NCBI RefSeq assembly: GCF_004010195.1
Contig: NC_057720.1
Span: forward strand, 13,657,189-13,721,188
Direction of reading: 5' to 3'
Origin: Chiloscyllium plagiosum
Taxonomy: Eukaryota
Length of the DNA stretch: 64,000 nucleotides
Below are positions 1 through 13,225 of this stretch, in pieces (within the stretch, counting starts at the first letter, position 1; every line of letters starts with the position of its first letter). The position numbers were made by a program, and so were the translations under genes. The notes under the pieces are model-generated. The model did not search any database. It saw nothing but the letters and a program-made list of their open reading frames with translations, and was not told where the DNA came from.

Positions 1-392
1 GGTTATGTTTAAGTTTAGGGTTAGGATTAGGGTCTTTACGATAGGTTAGGGTTAGGGTTAGGGTTACGGTCCATGTGATAGGTTAGGAGTAGGGTTAAGG
101 TCCCTCAATAGGTTAGGGATAGGGTCTCTGTGATAGGTTTGGATTAGGGTTAGGGTTCCTGTAATAGTTTAGGGTTAGGGTTCACATCAGGGTTAGGGTT
201 AGGGTCCCTGCAATAGATTAGGGTTTGGGTTCGGATTAGAGTTAGGGTCCCTGCAATAGATTAGGGTTAGGGTCCCAGGAATAGGATAGTATTAGGGTTA
301 GGGTTAGGGTTAGGTTTAAGGTTAGAGTTGGGACTCGGGTTCAGGTTTGGGTTAGAATCAGCGTTCAGGTTAGATTTAGGGTCCCTGCAACT
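1..392 (+). repeat. Degenerate telomeric (TTAGGG)n-based satellite with recurring TCCCTGCAATAG-like spacer
   Basis: Many TTAGGG, TTTGGG, TCAGGG and TTAGAG units, interspersed about 9 times with variants of GGTCCCTGCAATAG. Confidence 0.9.
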
Positions 393-1404
393 GGTAATCT
401 CATGAGGGCAAGTAAAGGAATCTCTACATTCTATCCGGTGTGTCTCGGGGCAGGAGCAACCACGGGGCTTGCACCCCACCAAGCCATTAAGAAGTGGCCT
501 GACGTACTGAATTAATTTCTAAATTGAAGGGTGGAATACAGTAAGAGCGAAGACACCTCCATATTGAAGCCCCCCCACCCCTTCTCTTTTTTCCCTTCCA
601 TGACAGCCTGCTGCTCCTCTCAGTATGAAAGGTCTCTGGTTAATTTTCTAGCTCCATGAACTTGCTGACTGCCTTTAGAGGAATGGCTAACCTGGGCCCT
701 TTCTCTGGGTCAGTGATAGGGTTAGCCCCCTGACATCATCCTATTCACTGATAGTTAACTCCTCCCTCACCCATTTTCAAAAGTTCAGGGTCTAAACCAA
801 GATGAGGTCTGCACCCCTACTTCCTGAGATAAAGATTCAACCTCAAGATCCAAGTTTTGTTGTAAGCTGTGTAGTTCCGTACAGTTTGTTCGTAAAAGGG
901 CAATATATAAAATAATATTACTTTTTGTGATAACCATAAATAGTGATATGATCTTGCATTAATCCCGTAACATATTATACAGCAATTCATGCTAACATTA
1001 ATATAGATTCAGAAATTTTTAATTTTAAAGGTTTTTAAATTGGAAAATACTGTATAATGTGTCATGATGTTGACATCATTAAGCTTTCACACATGGTCCT
1101 CTTCACAGATTCTTGCAAGACACCTTATCGTTTTGGATTAAATTCGGTCTAACTGATTATAAAAAATAGGTTAATTCCTGTAAACTTTCTTTTCGTTCCT
1201 TTGTTGGGATGTTGGCGTCACTAACAAGACCAGCATTTACTGCCCTTTCCCAAATGGGAAGTTGGTGGTGAGCCACTTTCGTCATTCATTGTGACGCATG
1301 CACCTCAACTTCTTCCCTCACCTGAAGCATGGTGACCCTCAGGTTATACCAACACCAGCCCATCTCTCACTAACAGGAGAGCAGCATATCATTTGGTAGG
1401 ACTA

Positions 1405-1531
1405 GGAAGAAGTTTAATGCCTGAAACCTTGACTCTCTTGCTCCTCAGATGCTGCCTGACCTGCTGTGCTTGTTCCAATGCCACACTTTATCAACTCTGA
1501 TTCTCCAGCTTCTGCAGTCCTCACTTTCTTC
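1405..1531 (+). mobile_element. Short Penelope-derived (pLTR-type) insertion, family 1
   Basis: Core GGATGCTGCCTGACCTGCTGTGCT...CCAGC(A/T)TCTGCAGTCCTCACTTT shared with many copies; TSD TGGTAGGACTA at 1394-1404 and 1532-1542. Confidence 0.7.
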
Positions 1532-2291
1532 TGGTAGGACTATGCCATCTTTACCCTTACCATTACGTGTTGTAGCTGCACCCACAGTGCTATTAAGCAG
1601 AGAATATGTGCATTACTAGCTGTAAGTCAACTACAGCTTCAGCCCACACAGAGAAGGATTTCTATGCAACGTTTCTTGCGCAACTATAACAGCTGTACTT
1701 CACCTCCCAGGTTGTGGTCATTGTCCCTTAGAATACAACTATCTGTGCTACAAAGTGGAGAGATGTGTGTGAAGATTGCAGTTATTCCAAAACTGGGATG
1801 GTAACAGACCTGCCATTGGCATTTTCATTTGTAGTTAAAGTGCTGACTAGTGTCTGGGTCATCTTATTCCAGCCGTCAGAGATGTGGAGCAAGCTGCTTG
1901 GACTGGCTGGTTCTTTTCCTGCCCATTAATTCTGAATGCTCGTAATCCTTTCTTGGCATTTTTGCATGACTGCGCCAGACATCTTTAAGAGTGCGTGAGA
2001 AATACAGACGGCTGGATGAGTGACAGAGCAGGAAAACACACTGTCAGGGGACCCAGGATGTTCAGACAGCAGAGTTTGTTATGTGCCCTGTACCTCATGA
2101 TTGTGATTTAAGGTTGTTAACATTGCTATTGTTATTTAGTGTTTGGTTTGCAGGGCTGATAAATTTTTGGGCCAACTACAGTCTTGTCCCTGGCTAAGTT
2201 TCCCTCAGTAGACATTTCAGAAAACAATCACAATGTACATTCATACAACCACTTTCATGGGAGCATTATTAAACAGGGCATGATACTGAAC

Positions 2292-2414
2292 GATGGAGAC
2301 AGTGAGGACTGCAGATGCTGGAGATCAGAGTTGCGAGTGTGTTGTTGGAAAAGCGCAGCAGGTCAGGCAGCATCCGAGGAGCAGGAAAAGCTTTTCCAGC
2401 AACACACTCTCAAC
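2292..2414 (-). mobile_element. Short Penelope-derived insertion, family 1, partial fold-back
   Basis: Family 1 sequence; TSD CATGATACTGAAC at 2279-2291 and 2415-2427. Confidence 0.7.
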
Positions 2415-3087
2415 CATGATACTGAACCATGTCAGGAAACATGAGATCATGGCACTTGAGGTTTGGACAATAAAGTGGATTTGAAGAAGAATCCTTTGGA
2501 GGGAAGTGGCTTAGAGAGGTAGGAAGGTGATAAGAAGGTATTCCAGATTGATAACATAAAATAATGCAGATCTTTAACAAGTACTTATTTTCTTGCCATC
2601 TCAGGTCAACAGAAAGGTTTACATAGAATTTATCAGAACTACCAGAGGGAATAAAACCATTTAGTCCAAGTATACAGACCCTAGATCATGAAAAAAAACA
2701 GCATTTCACAAGCAGTTTTACAGCCTTATCCACTTAATGCATCTGTAACACATCCGTGATTCAAAATGGTGGAAGAGGTGTGTGCTTTATATAGATATTA
2801 TATTTTTTAAGCGTTTGGATTTCAAATAGTGAATAATGGGGGCTTGGTTGCTTTTCTGAAGTGGCTTTATTAAGAAAAAGAACACGCATTCTGGAAGTGT
2901 GACCTAATCCAGGATGTATCAGAGAAGAGGTGATAGTAGTGTTCATGGAACATTGTTGTTTACATTGTACGGTTTGGCCATGTCTATTGAAATTTGCTCA
3001 ATTAAACAGGTAAAGCTTTAAACTTAGTGCGGCTGTGAAGAGATGGGGAGAGGAGGGAGTGGGAGGGGACTAGTTTTCCCTCCCAAA

Positions 3088-3600
3088 CCCATCACTGTCC
3101 CCAGCTCTGTCCTGCCCCTTCACTGTACCCCCTCTCTGTCCTGCCCCATCACTGTCCCCCTCTCTCTGTCCTGCCACATCACTGTCTCCCCTTTCTGTCC
3201 TGCCCCATCATCGACCCCTGTCTCTGTCCTGCCCCATCCCNNNNNNNNNNNNNNNNNNNNNNNNNNNNNNNNNNNNNNNNNNNNNNNNNNNNNNNNNNNN
3301 NNNNNNNNNNNNNNNNNNNNNNNNNNNNNNNNNNNNNNNNNNNNNNNNNNNNNNNNNNNNNNNNNNNNNNNNNNNNNNNNNNNNNNNNNNNNNNNNNNNN
3401 NNNNNNNNNNNNNNNNNNNNNNNNNNNNNNNNNNNNNNNNNNNNNNNNNNNNNNNNNNNNNNNNNNNNNNNNNNNNNNNCCCTCGCTGTCCTCCCCCTTA
3501 AACCGTTCCTCCTCTCTGCCCTGTCCCATCACCATCCCCTCTTTCTGACCTGTCCCATCATCAGCACACCCCCTCCCCCCACGTCCTGTCCCAGTAATGC
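3088..3600. repeat. C/T-rich minisatellite (~26-bp unit, CCATCACTGTCCCCTCTCTGTCCTGCCC-like) spanning an assembly gap
   Basis: Tandem copies at 3088-3240 and degenerate copies after the gap. Confidence 0.8.
3241..3479. other. Assembly gap (N run)
   Basis: 239 consecutive N. Confidence 1.
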
Positions 3601-3829
3601 CTGCTCTCCCGTCCTCACTCACCACTTGTCCTCAGCGTCCCCTCATCTTCACTACCACTCCCCCGCCCGCTGCTGCTGTACTCCATTTCAATACCATGTT
3701 ACTTTTCGGTCCTTTTTGCCTGTGCCATCTTTGGAATTTTACCGGATAATATCGCGTTTCTGGAATTGTACGCATTTCTGGATTGGCAACAATGCACAGC
3801 TGCAAGTGACACTGGGTGTCAGCTGACAC

Positions 3830-4460
3830 TGTCATAGGGTTTACACCAGGAAGCACATATTGGAAGTAAACGCGAATTGATTTTTTGCTTATAAAACCTG
3901 GGAATGAAAGATTTTTGGGCAGTTTGGAAGGTGACCTGACTGCCATGAGAAGCAGAAATAGTTTCCCTTCAAGAAAGGAGCAGAATAGAGTTCAATGAAA
4001 GATCAGTCCCCCCGTGTAAAAGTTTAACTTGTGAAACGTCCAGTCCTGGAATGTTTGGTTAGAAATCGGCAGGATATTAAAAGACTGAGAAAATCTAAGC
4101 CTCAGTTCTATGAGTGACCACATAAGACGTCACCATTCACAGGACAGAACCGGGGAGAAGCAGTTAAGACTAACCTAAAGATTTGACATCGAGAGGTAAT
4201 TTCTCCGGATTTGGATCGGTGTCAAGTGATGATATTGAGGAACAGATGACATTTTGTTTTGCTGTACGTTTTGAGATCTTTCAAACTGTGTTCTTGGTTT
4301 TAATTTATTTTTCCCCTTTTAAGTAATACATTTCTGCTTTATTGTTAAAGAAAACCTACAGTTCTGCATTTCAGTGAATGGTCACCATGAATGAAAAAGA
4401 TCTATTAAGCCAGATTTCATTTTGGAATCTAACTTGGAACATCAGCTAGGATGATGATTC
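3830..4460 (+). mobile_element. Possible old solo LTR
   Basis: Starts with TGTCA, is non-coding and has an LTR-like layout; 3' end and TSD not resolved. Confidence 0.3.
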
Positions 4461-4748
4461 AAGAACGGGAAGTGTGAGCAACCCGTACTCTCTCTCTCTC
4501 ACCCTTCCCCTTCCCACATCATTGCAATCATCATTGAAAGTGCTGGCTATGTGCAGATGTGGATGAAACCCAACATTAACTGACAATGTGATAGCTCCAG
4601 AGGGTTAACAGGAGAACCTCATGGTCATAAAGAGAAGTTCTGAATCATTGCCAAGTCTTTCCTGCTTAACCTCATTACCATTAACATCAAACTTGAGAGC
4701 ACGACAGTGGCAAAGGCGCTTCTCTAACCTAAATTTCACTTGTAAATA

Positions 4749-5011
4749 TAGTAGCGCCTCGACATGCGAACGACCCCGTTCACGAACAAATCGGTTTACG
4801 AACAGGATTGTACGTAAAATTTTGCTTCAACATACATACGAAATTCAAGGTATGAATGAAGGTACAAACGCAAAAAGCCCGTGGTTTCATTGTCATTGTT
4901 CTGCTTTGCTCAGCGCGCTTTGAATATCTGAACAATGGGCAAAATTGAAAACTTTTTGGTTCCCGAACCGGGTCCCGGAAAGGATTAAGTTTGTAAGTCG
5001 AGGCGCTACTG
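4749..5011. mobile_element. Tigger/pogo-like (Tc1-mariner) MITE
   Basis: TIRs (C/T)AGTAGCGCCTCGAC and GTCGAGGCGCTACTG, flanked by TA at 4747-4748 and 5012-5013. Confidence 0.85.
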
Positions 5012-5069
5012 TATCTCGTATCATATTGGTTTCACACTAATCAGAGATGCATCGCAATTATTTGTCGAG

Positions 5070-5187
5070 ATTATAGTGCTGGAAAAGCACAGCAGGCCAG
5101 GCAGTATCCGAGGAGCAGGAGAGTCGACGTTTCAGGCAAAAGCCCTTCATCAGAATGAAGCTAGGAGCCTCCGGGGTGGAAAGAACA
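5070..5187 (-). mobile_element. Short Penelope-derived insertion, family 1, with hammerhead motif
   Basis: TSD CAATTATTTGT(C/T)GAG at 5055-5069 and 5188-5202; minus strand reads CTGATGA-A-GGGC-TTTT-GCCT-GAAA-CG-TC. Confidence 0.75.
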
Positions 5188-5524
5188 CAATTATTTGTTG
5201 AGGGTAGCTTAGTCAGAGAACTAACTGCACTGGCATGTAGCCTGGTTGCCATACATTTGGTGGTTACAACGGAACTAAAGATATTTGCTTTATTGTGTAA
5301 AAAGGAATGTTGTGGGTCTTTTAAAAAAGTTGAATATCCACATTAGTGTCAAGTATTGTACTTGCCAACTTTGGGACATGGTTGAAATTTGGGATCAGCT
5401 GACCCTCCCTTTTATGGATTGTGAAACAGACCGTCTGAGGTTGCTCTACGCAGAGACGAGTGATATATTGGAGGTTAACTCAAAGCTCTGTGAGGACTCT
5501 GCCAGAAAAAGCTCTGAGATCAAC

Positions 5525-6250
5525 ACACATTTGATTGATTTAGTGTTGTCATGTTAAACGAGATACAGTGAAAAGTCTTGTTTTGCGTGGTCCACAGACA
5601 GATCGTACCATACAAAGTGCATTAAGCTCGCACAACAGAATGCACGATACAATGTTACAGACAAAGTGCAGAGAGAGAGAGAGAGACAGAGAGAGATCAG
5701 AATTAACATTTGAAAGCTAGTACTTCCAAATAAACCAGTTGGGCTATTACCTGATGTCATTTGATTTTTAACTATTAAAACAGTGTCTGTATTGTCCAAA
5801 CATCTACACTTCCTGCTGCTTCGGGAAAGCAACCAACATAACCAAAGACTTCTATCATCCTGGTCATATTCTCTTCCACCCTCTTCTGTCAGACAGAAGG
5901 CACAAAAATTTATACAGAGGAACCTCGATTATCCAGCATTCAATTATCCGAACAAAATCACAAGGTCCCAATGCTTGGCTAAACTGTGTCATCCGGCATT
6001 CGATTTTCCGAACAAAATCCTCCCTGCCCGTGTCCTTCGGATAATCGAGATTCCTCTGTATACTCATACCAATACATTCAAGAATAGCTTCTTCCTCACT
6101 ATTAACAGGTTTTTGAACAAATGATCTCTCTCTCTCTCTGTACTTTGTCTGTGGCTGTAACACTGTATTCTACACCCTATTCTATAAGCTTAATGCACTT
6201 TGTATGCTACAAGCTGTCCTTGTAGCACGCAAAACAACACTTTTCACTGT
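5525..6250. mobile_element. Rex1/Babar-type LINE 3' ends: minus copy ~5525-5715, plus copy ~5820-6250
   Basis: The plus copy encodes a decayed HPGHxLFHPLxSxRR...TNTFKNSFF..INRFLN C-terminus typical of Rex/Babar ORF ends; the two 3' UTRs match in inverted orientation. Confidence 0.55.
5915..6058. mobile_element. Tigger-like MITE nested in the Rex-type LINE
   Basis: TIRs CAGAGGAACCTCGATTATCC and GGATAATCGAGATTCCTCTG with TA flanks. Confidence 0.85.
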
Positions 6251-6257
6251 ATAACTT

Positions 6258-6417
6258 CAATAAATTCTGTGTCCTATGATCCTGCCCCACTAGCTACATG
6301 ACGAAGGAGCAGCACTCCGAAAGCTTGTACTTCCAAATAAACCCATTGGACTGTAACCTGGTCTGGTATGATTTTTAACTTTGTCCACTCCAGTCCAACA
6401 CTGGAACCTCCACATCA
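6258..6417 (+). mobile_element. Short Penelope-derived insertion, family 2, with degenerate hammerhead
   Basis: GAAGGAGCAGCACTCCGAAAGCT...TTCCAAATAAACC...GATTTTTAACTT, matching the copies at 16.4 kb and 38.2 kb. Confidence 0.7.
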
Positions 6418-7904
6418 CTATTTTTTAGGCTCCTCACTTTGTAACTTCACCTGATTGTTCCCAGCACTCACTACACCAAGCCCTTCCATACTCCACCAGT
6501 CGCCCTGACCTCCAACTTTGTTCTCCCCAACATTCCTCTTCGAATCCCCCATGCCCTACCTTATCCTCTGTCTTCTCCTTCCTTTGACCTTCGACTGCTT
6601 CCTATTCCTGACCCCATCCACAATACCCCAACACTATCACTGATTCAGCCCGGCTGATCCTGAGACTCTATGTCAGCTGCCTTTCTCCTGCTGCCCTCCC
6701 TGCAAGGCAAACCATGGACCTGAGCAAAAACTAAATGAAACCGAGTGATGTGAAACACCTTTAAACAAGTGTGAACCAGCTGTCGCAAGATTCTCAAACA
6801 CAGTGGTCATTATCATTAAGGTAGGACATAATTTTCAATATTTTAACGACAAGGATGAGACTTGATGCACCACAAACCTTTATCTTGCTATCTCAATCCA
6901 CTGTTGGGAAATCAAAATTTTGTCGAATTAACTTATTCCTCATGCCACATTTCCCATTCTTGCAGGCTCCATAAATTTCCAAGTGATGATGAATTCCATG
7001 TTCTTCCTGTTTTGGCCCATTGAATCATCTTGTTAATATATACAGTTTCCTTTGTCTTTGGGATTATTGACTGAAGTTTGTCTTTTCAATAGTATATATA
7101 CATTCAGACAGGCATCAATTCCTTGAGCCCCGATTTCAGGACATGTTAGAGATAATTTATTGGGAGACGTTTGATTCTTTATTCTGTTATTAGTTGAGAT
7201 TTCACTCATGTGGAGCATAAATAATAGCTCAGGCTTGTTGGACCTATTTATGTGCTATAAATTCTCATCCATTACTGACTATGAGTAAACTGACAGACCA
7301 AGCTGTGCTTATAAAGTTACATCTCAATGACGAGTCTCCAAATGCACTAAGTGCAATAACTTGCAACGTTTGTCAGTAGTTTGGCAGCTATGGCAATGCA
7401 GCAATAAGGCACAGAATTATTGTGCTTGTTTGAGGGTAGAATGTTGGCCAGAACACCAGGAAAATGTCTTGCTTAGATAATGACTCAGAATTTTTCCAAG
7501 ATTGGAAGACTTTAGGAGGGGGCACATGAGCACTGAATAGTAGCAGTGTCCCGTTCATAGTTAAAAAGACAGACTAACCTGAAAGGGGACAGTTTTTACT
7601 TTCTTCCTCTTTATATGGAATGCAATCTAATATACAAACTCACATGTCCTTGGCTCCTCAGCTCTCTTGCAGTCTAACCAGTCAGTTGGAAGTTTCACAG
7701 CTTCCTCTAAATGGGCAATATAATCACAGTCTCTGGAAAATTGTAGCAGCAGTCTCTGCAGAAAGTGACTCACTTAAGTCATTGTCATTTTATTGCAAAG
7801 TGGCTCACCTTGAAAATTTCTCTAAGGAGAAAACGGCAGAATGTCATGTTGGAGTATGTCCCTCATACTGCCATTTTTTTCCCAGGCTGCACTTGATCAT
7901 ACAT

Positions 7905-8165
7905 AGGCTCTGTCTTATGGAGTTTGCACATTCTTCCCGTGTCTGAGTGGGTTTCCTCCGGGTGCTCCAGTTTCCTCCCACAGTCCAAAGATGTGCAGGT
8001 TAGGTGAATTGGCCATGCTAAATTGCCCGTAGTGTTAGGTGGATTAGTCAGGGGTAAAATGTAGGGGAATGGGTCTGGGTGGGTTGCTCTTTGGAGGGTC
8101 GGTGTGGACTTGTTAGGCCGAAGGGCCTGTTTCCACTGTAGAGAATCTAATCTAAATCTAAACCT
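7905..8165 (+). mobile_element. HE1/V-SINE-type tRNA SINE, 5' truncated
   Basis: GGAGTTTGCACATTCT...GGTTTCCTCCGGGTGCTCC...GGGCCGAAGGGCCTGTTTCC body and TAATC-type tail. Confidence 0.85.
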
Positions 8166-8283
8166 AAAATAATCGAGGAGGTTAAGTTATTGTAAGGTAT
8201 AATTATGTACTGTAATAAATGTGTGTGCAGTAGTTCCTCAAAATAGGGATGGCAATTGCTCAGAGCAAGACCCTATGCATGGA

Positions 8284-8450
8284 GTCACAGAGTCATAGAG
8301 ATATTACAACACAGAAACACATCCTTTGATTCAACTTGTCCATGCTGACCAGATATCCTAAATTAATATTGTCCCACTTGCCAGTACTTCGCCCATATCC
8401 CACTTAACCTTTCCTATTCATATACCTATCCAGGTGCCTTTTGAATGTTG
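8284..8450 (-). mobile_element. CR1/HER1-type LINE 3' end
   Basis: Reverse complement of the (CTATGACT) tail and 3' UTR seen in other CR1 copies here. Confidence 0.75.
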
Positions 8451-9357
8451 TCCTTTAACATGGGGAGATGGCTGCACTGCAGTTAAAGCACAGTTCTGGC
8501 TGACCCAGTCTTATAGTCTGCCATGGATATATGTGAAGGATTTAAGGATTGATAGTCAACCTGTTTAGCCTATTAATGATTCACTGTCCATGACCATCAA
8601 ATCCCATGTTTGGATTTGAACTCAGAGCTTCTGACCCAGAGGTTGGAACGCTATTACTGTACCAGAAGATCTTTACATAGTAAACATCCATGTTTGACTT
8701 GGGACAGGAGATAACTTTGTGCCATGCTTTGTGTTGTGCATGTCTTGGACATTTATCATTGCTTGACTGAATACTGACCTTAATAAAAAATAAATAAAAT
8801 AACCAAAACACTGAAGTGGGGAGAATTAGATTAAAAAATGTTCAGAGAATTGCATTCCTTATATCATTTTGAGATCAAAAGTTGCTCTGCATGTGACAAT
8901 TTCATTAAGTCAGCTCTGTCAACAGTAATCATGCTGTTGCCATATAAGGAATCCCATCTTAATTTAAAAAAAATCAGAATAACACTTCAACAGCTAATGC
9001 CATTTCCAGCTGATGTATAAGTAAGGAGTAAGACAATGGATAGACTTCTGCCTCTATTTGTGTCACAACAATGACTCTGCAGACATAGTGACCACAAGGC
9101 GTCCATTTTAGTATGTAACCCAGCATGATTAATCTCTTATTGCACACTTTATTACAAACTCATTGAAAGTGGGAAATTAAACATGTGTGGATATGTAATT
9201 TTCAACCCACTCTGCAGCTCTTAGTATAGTGAGCAGCTTATTACTTACCAACAAGTGTTTTTTCCCTTCCTGAAGCCTTCAGCAGGGTGGCAAAGAGCAC
9301 TCTGGGGCTAAAAGCTGTTCATTTGCAACCAACAAAAATAAAGCCAATCATACTCAC

Positions 9358-9563
9358 TTGATCAAGAAGGTTTCTGACAGTAGTCCAAAGCAAACAGATG
9401 CTGCTTTAAAGAGAGAATGGGGTGGTGGGTCATGGAAGGCTGTCATCATCCTGTGCACGGTAAATGGCACAATGGTCATTAGACCCAGGATTACTGCGAG
9501 AATCACCCAATTCTGCCAACGGAAGGCAACAAGCTTCCACGCTGAGCCAGTCTGAAGATGGTA
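9358..9563 (-). CDS. Candidate exon of an unidentified gene
   Basis: Acceptor CTCTTTCTGTGCCCACAG and donor CAA/GTGAGT in repeat-free DNA. One frame is open throughout (hydrophobic ...WVILAVILGLMTIVPF...); another ends ...IYRAQDDDSLP*. No homology recognised. Confidence 0.25.
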
Positions 9564-10614
9564 CTGTGGGCACAGAAAGAGTTATCGTGAGCTGGAATAC
9601 ATTGGGTGATGGAAGCAAATTCAACAACAACTTTAAAAGGAATACTGGAAAAAAACAACTTGCTGGGCTATTGGAAAACAATAAGAAAGAGATTTGGGAC
9701 TAGCTCTTTCAAAGGGCCAACACTAACACAGTGGGCTGAATGGCCTCTTGTTATGCTGCACTGCTCTACGATACAAAAACAAATATCTTAATATGTTTGG
9801 TGCAATGAACATAAATAGCCTATAGCCAGAAAAAAAACAAGACAGTGAAACTGCATAGCAATAACTCATGTCTGATGACTTCTAATTATTGCTGCAATTC
9901 ATTTTGCAAAGTTCAAATAAAATTATAGCTGCAAGTACATATTGGTTTACTCAACAACTCTGCCTGTTGTAAATCTATCCTAATACTATCTTATGAGAAA
10001 ATAGGGTAACGTATTAAACATGCAACTGTGCATGAATCGTTATATATTATTAAACCAGTGAGGATGGTCTTTATTATGTACAGTATTTATATTCTACAGC
10101 TTGCAAGCCTCCAGCAAGAGCTTTAAATCTGTTACTGCAGACAATGTTGTATATTAATCCATATTTTAAAATGAAATTACGTTTGTTGTTCCCTTCTACT
10201 ACATAAGGTAAGTGCAATTCAAAGAAGGAACAATAAACACTAACCAGCTTTTGTTAAATTGCTTTGGAGAAAATTCTAGCTGAATTTCAAGAGCCAGCAG
10301 GAATGGATTACTGTATGTGGCTGAAGTCAAAAGATCTTTAAGAGGCTGGAAAAAAACCCTGCAGACCATTAAAAATGGTGTACAGGGTCCAATGTAGAAG
10401 TTGCACCCCCTTTCCTGACACTTTCCATTTTTTTACTGGTGGGAAACCTAAAATTTGAACTTACTGATGAGTTCAAACTGTGGCTTGTCCCAAGGAGTCT
10501 AACTCCCGGTGCAACAGTTACAAATTAATGACCAGAAGTAAACATTCTTGATGGGTGCATAAGGCATGTTTAAATGTGATGATCTGAAGTTTTTAAAATG
10601 TCTTGCGTCTGGGC

Positions 10615-10840
10615 ATATCCTTGGCTTACACAAGGTGGAAGTGGAAGATCCCATGCCAATGTCTTGAAAGAGAAGCAGAATTGCTGAGTGAAAAGTCATG
10701 AAAACAGTTACCAAGTTTTTAGCACATTGTTGTGTGTCAGCGCTTACTGTTTGCAAATTGGCTTTCATGCATCATAACAGTGACTACACTTCAGAAAGGT
10801 TAAATTGACTTCGAGGTGCGATATAAATGCAGGTATTTCT
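10615..10840 (+). mobile_element. Deu-domain-type (SacSINE/AmnSINE-like) SINE remnant
   Basis: AGGTGGAAGTGGAAGATCCCATG...CAAATTGGCT...ACAGTGACTACACTTCA...TATAAATGCA, matching other copies in the window. Confidence 0.5.
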
Positions 10841-12365
10841 TCAACACAACCTTAATCTTGGATCTTCAGCAGCATTCGGCAGTGAAATAGTTAAAAGTGG
10901 AATTAAAAGGCAGCTGTCATCAAGACTCATGCATGGTCCATTGGTAGAATTCAGGTCTCATTCTCATCATTCTATCACTGGCAGAACATTGAGTGTGCAG
11001 CCTGCCTGATTGCTAAAGGCTGCGTTCACCTCTGTTTCTGAGCAGAGAATGCTGCTCCTTTTTTGCAACTGGGCTCTTCATAGTCTTCTTGAGTCCATAC
11101 ACAGAACCTCGTGTGTACTCCCTTTAACAATACCACCATGCACTTCCTTTAACAGGGATTTAAAACAAGAGAGCTTTCTTGATGTTTCAACATTGCTTAA
11201 TTAGTGCCCTAAATGCATTTGCAATGCACACTGCACATTGTGCACTGTTGCCCATGAATTAGTTCCTATGTGGCAAGTGCCGTCAAGCTATCTGTGATTT
11301 TTTTTAATGTAACAGCGCGCCCCAGTAATGGCTCACTGATAACTGAATGCATCTATCTTCATTACCTGGTCATTTCTGCTTCGGTTTGCTCTATTGCTCG
11401 TAAAGGATACGGGTTTGAGTGAGCATCACAATCAAACCTTCATCCCAAGCAGATTCAGAACTTTCACTCATTTAATCTTGACTTCTCTTAATTACATTTT
11501 TATTAAAAATGCAATCGTTCATGATGACACATTTCCGTGAGGAGGGCTGGAACTTACAGGCAGATTCACTTCATTTCTCAGTTATCAATTCAAGTATCAG
11601 CATGAAATAGAGCAAGTTGAGGCTGTTTTAAAAAAAAAGCTCTTTACATAAATGTATGTTTAAATCCATTTAGATTTATTGCTGTGCTGCTGATGTTACA
11701 CCCTTTCTGGATACTAAGGGAATCAATGGGGGCAGCATGGGAACTTGAGTTGATGTAGATCAACCGTGATCTGATTGTATAGTACAGAGCACTCAAGGGG
11801 CTGAATGGCCTTCTTTTCCCATTTCTTCATTAATTGCACCATGGTGTCAACATATAGGATCCTTGTTCATGTGGAATGTTTCATAATCCAAAGACCCTGA
11901 GGGCTCCCACAACTCCAAATTCCATCATGGCAGCTGTTGGAATTTAAATTAAGTTAATTTAAGAAAAAAAACAATAACTTAAAGCTGGGTTCATAAAACT
12001 AGCATTGATTGCTGGAAAAAAAAATCTGTTTCACTCATATCCTGTAAAAAAGTAATTCCTATAGCTGACCCCATCAAGGGGTTGATTCTCAACTTCTGAA
12101 ATGAGAAGTGCAATTAGGGATGGGCAATAAATGTTGGCAATATCTTTGCCAGGTACACCCCCATTCTGTCAAAGATTACAAAATGAAATCCATTTCTCAT
12201 TTTTTAAATTTGTTGAAGAACCTCTTTGTAACTATGTATGCAGAGCTAAATACTCTATAATGCCCACAAAACAGATGGACTCCAAGTGAATATATTTTAT
12301 TAATGCCTTTTACAAACAGGTATTTCTTTGAGTTTAAATATTTCTATTTAATTAAATAAATATTT

Positions 12366-13110
12366 TAGAACCATAGAAATGTAACAGCACAGAATGGGAC
12401 CATTTGGCCCAACTTATCCATGCTGACCCGAATGCTCTTTCTAATGTCATCTTCTGCGCATGGCCCATAGCCCTGCAGCTTACAGCACTTATGGTGCAGA
12501 TCCAGGTTTTTTTTAAAAAGAGTTTAGGGTCTCAGTCTCCACCACCAACTTTGGCAGTGAATTCCAGACCCCTACCACCCTCTGCGTAAAAAGGTTTTTC
12601 CTCACATCCCCTCAAGTCCTTCTGCCACTGAGCTTGAGTCTATGACTCCTGGTTTTTGAACTCTCTGCCAAGGGAAGCAGGCTTCTCTTATCTGCCATAT
12701 CTCGATCTCTTACGGTTTTGTATACCTCAGTCATGTCCCCCCTCAGCTTTCTCTGTTCCAAGAAAAACAACCTCAACCTCTTCAGTCTCTCCTCACAGCT
12801 ACAATTCTCCAGCCCTGGCACCGTTCCACTGAAGCTTCTTTGCACCATCTCCAGGGCAGTTACGTCCTTCCTGTAATGTGGTGACCAAGACTGCACACAA
12901 TACTCCAGTTGTGGCCTCACCGGCGTCTTATACAGTTTGATCATTAGATCCCAACTTTTGTCATCTATCCCTCTGCCAGTGAAGGAGAGCATTCCATATT
13001 CCTTCTTTAGAACCTTTTCCATCTGTACTGATACCTTTAGGGACCCGTGCACTTGCATGGCTAGATTTCTCACTTCATCTCAGTATATTCCCATTTATTG
13101 TGTATTCCCT
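12366..13110 (-). mobile_element. CR1/HER1-type LINE 3' fragment
   Basis: ORF 12612-13073 (QVHGSLKV...LYKTPVRPQLEYCVQSWSPHYRKD...RGDMTEVYK) is a CR1 ORF2 C-terminus. Confidence 0.9.
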
Positions 13111-13225
13111 ATTTGTATTTATATTTAAGGTTATGTATTAATTTTATATTTAAAAAATCACTCTGTCCTCTTGGACAAGGCTGATTTCCACTAAATCCCA
13201 CCACGGATTTGTTCACTGAGAGCAT

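Noticed and set aside
267..482. PN-repeat ORF
   Set aside because: It is a translation of the CCCTAA strand of the telomeric satellite.
10630..10662. 33-nt minus-strand micro-exon (TLAWDLPLPPC)
   Set aside because: It lies within an antisense Deu-type SINE remnant, so the splice-like signals are probably incidental.
11558..11622. Minus-strand segment with good acceptor and donor
   Set aside because: There are stops in all three frames, which shows how often such signals arise by chance here.
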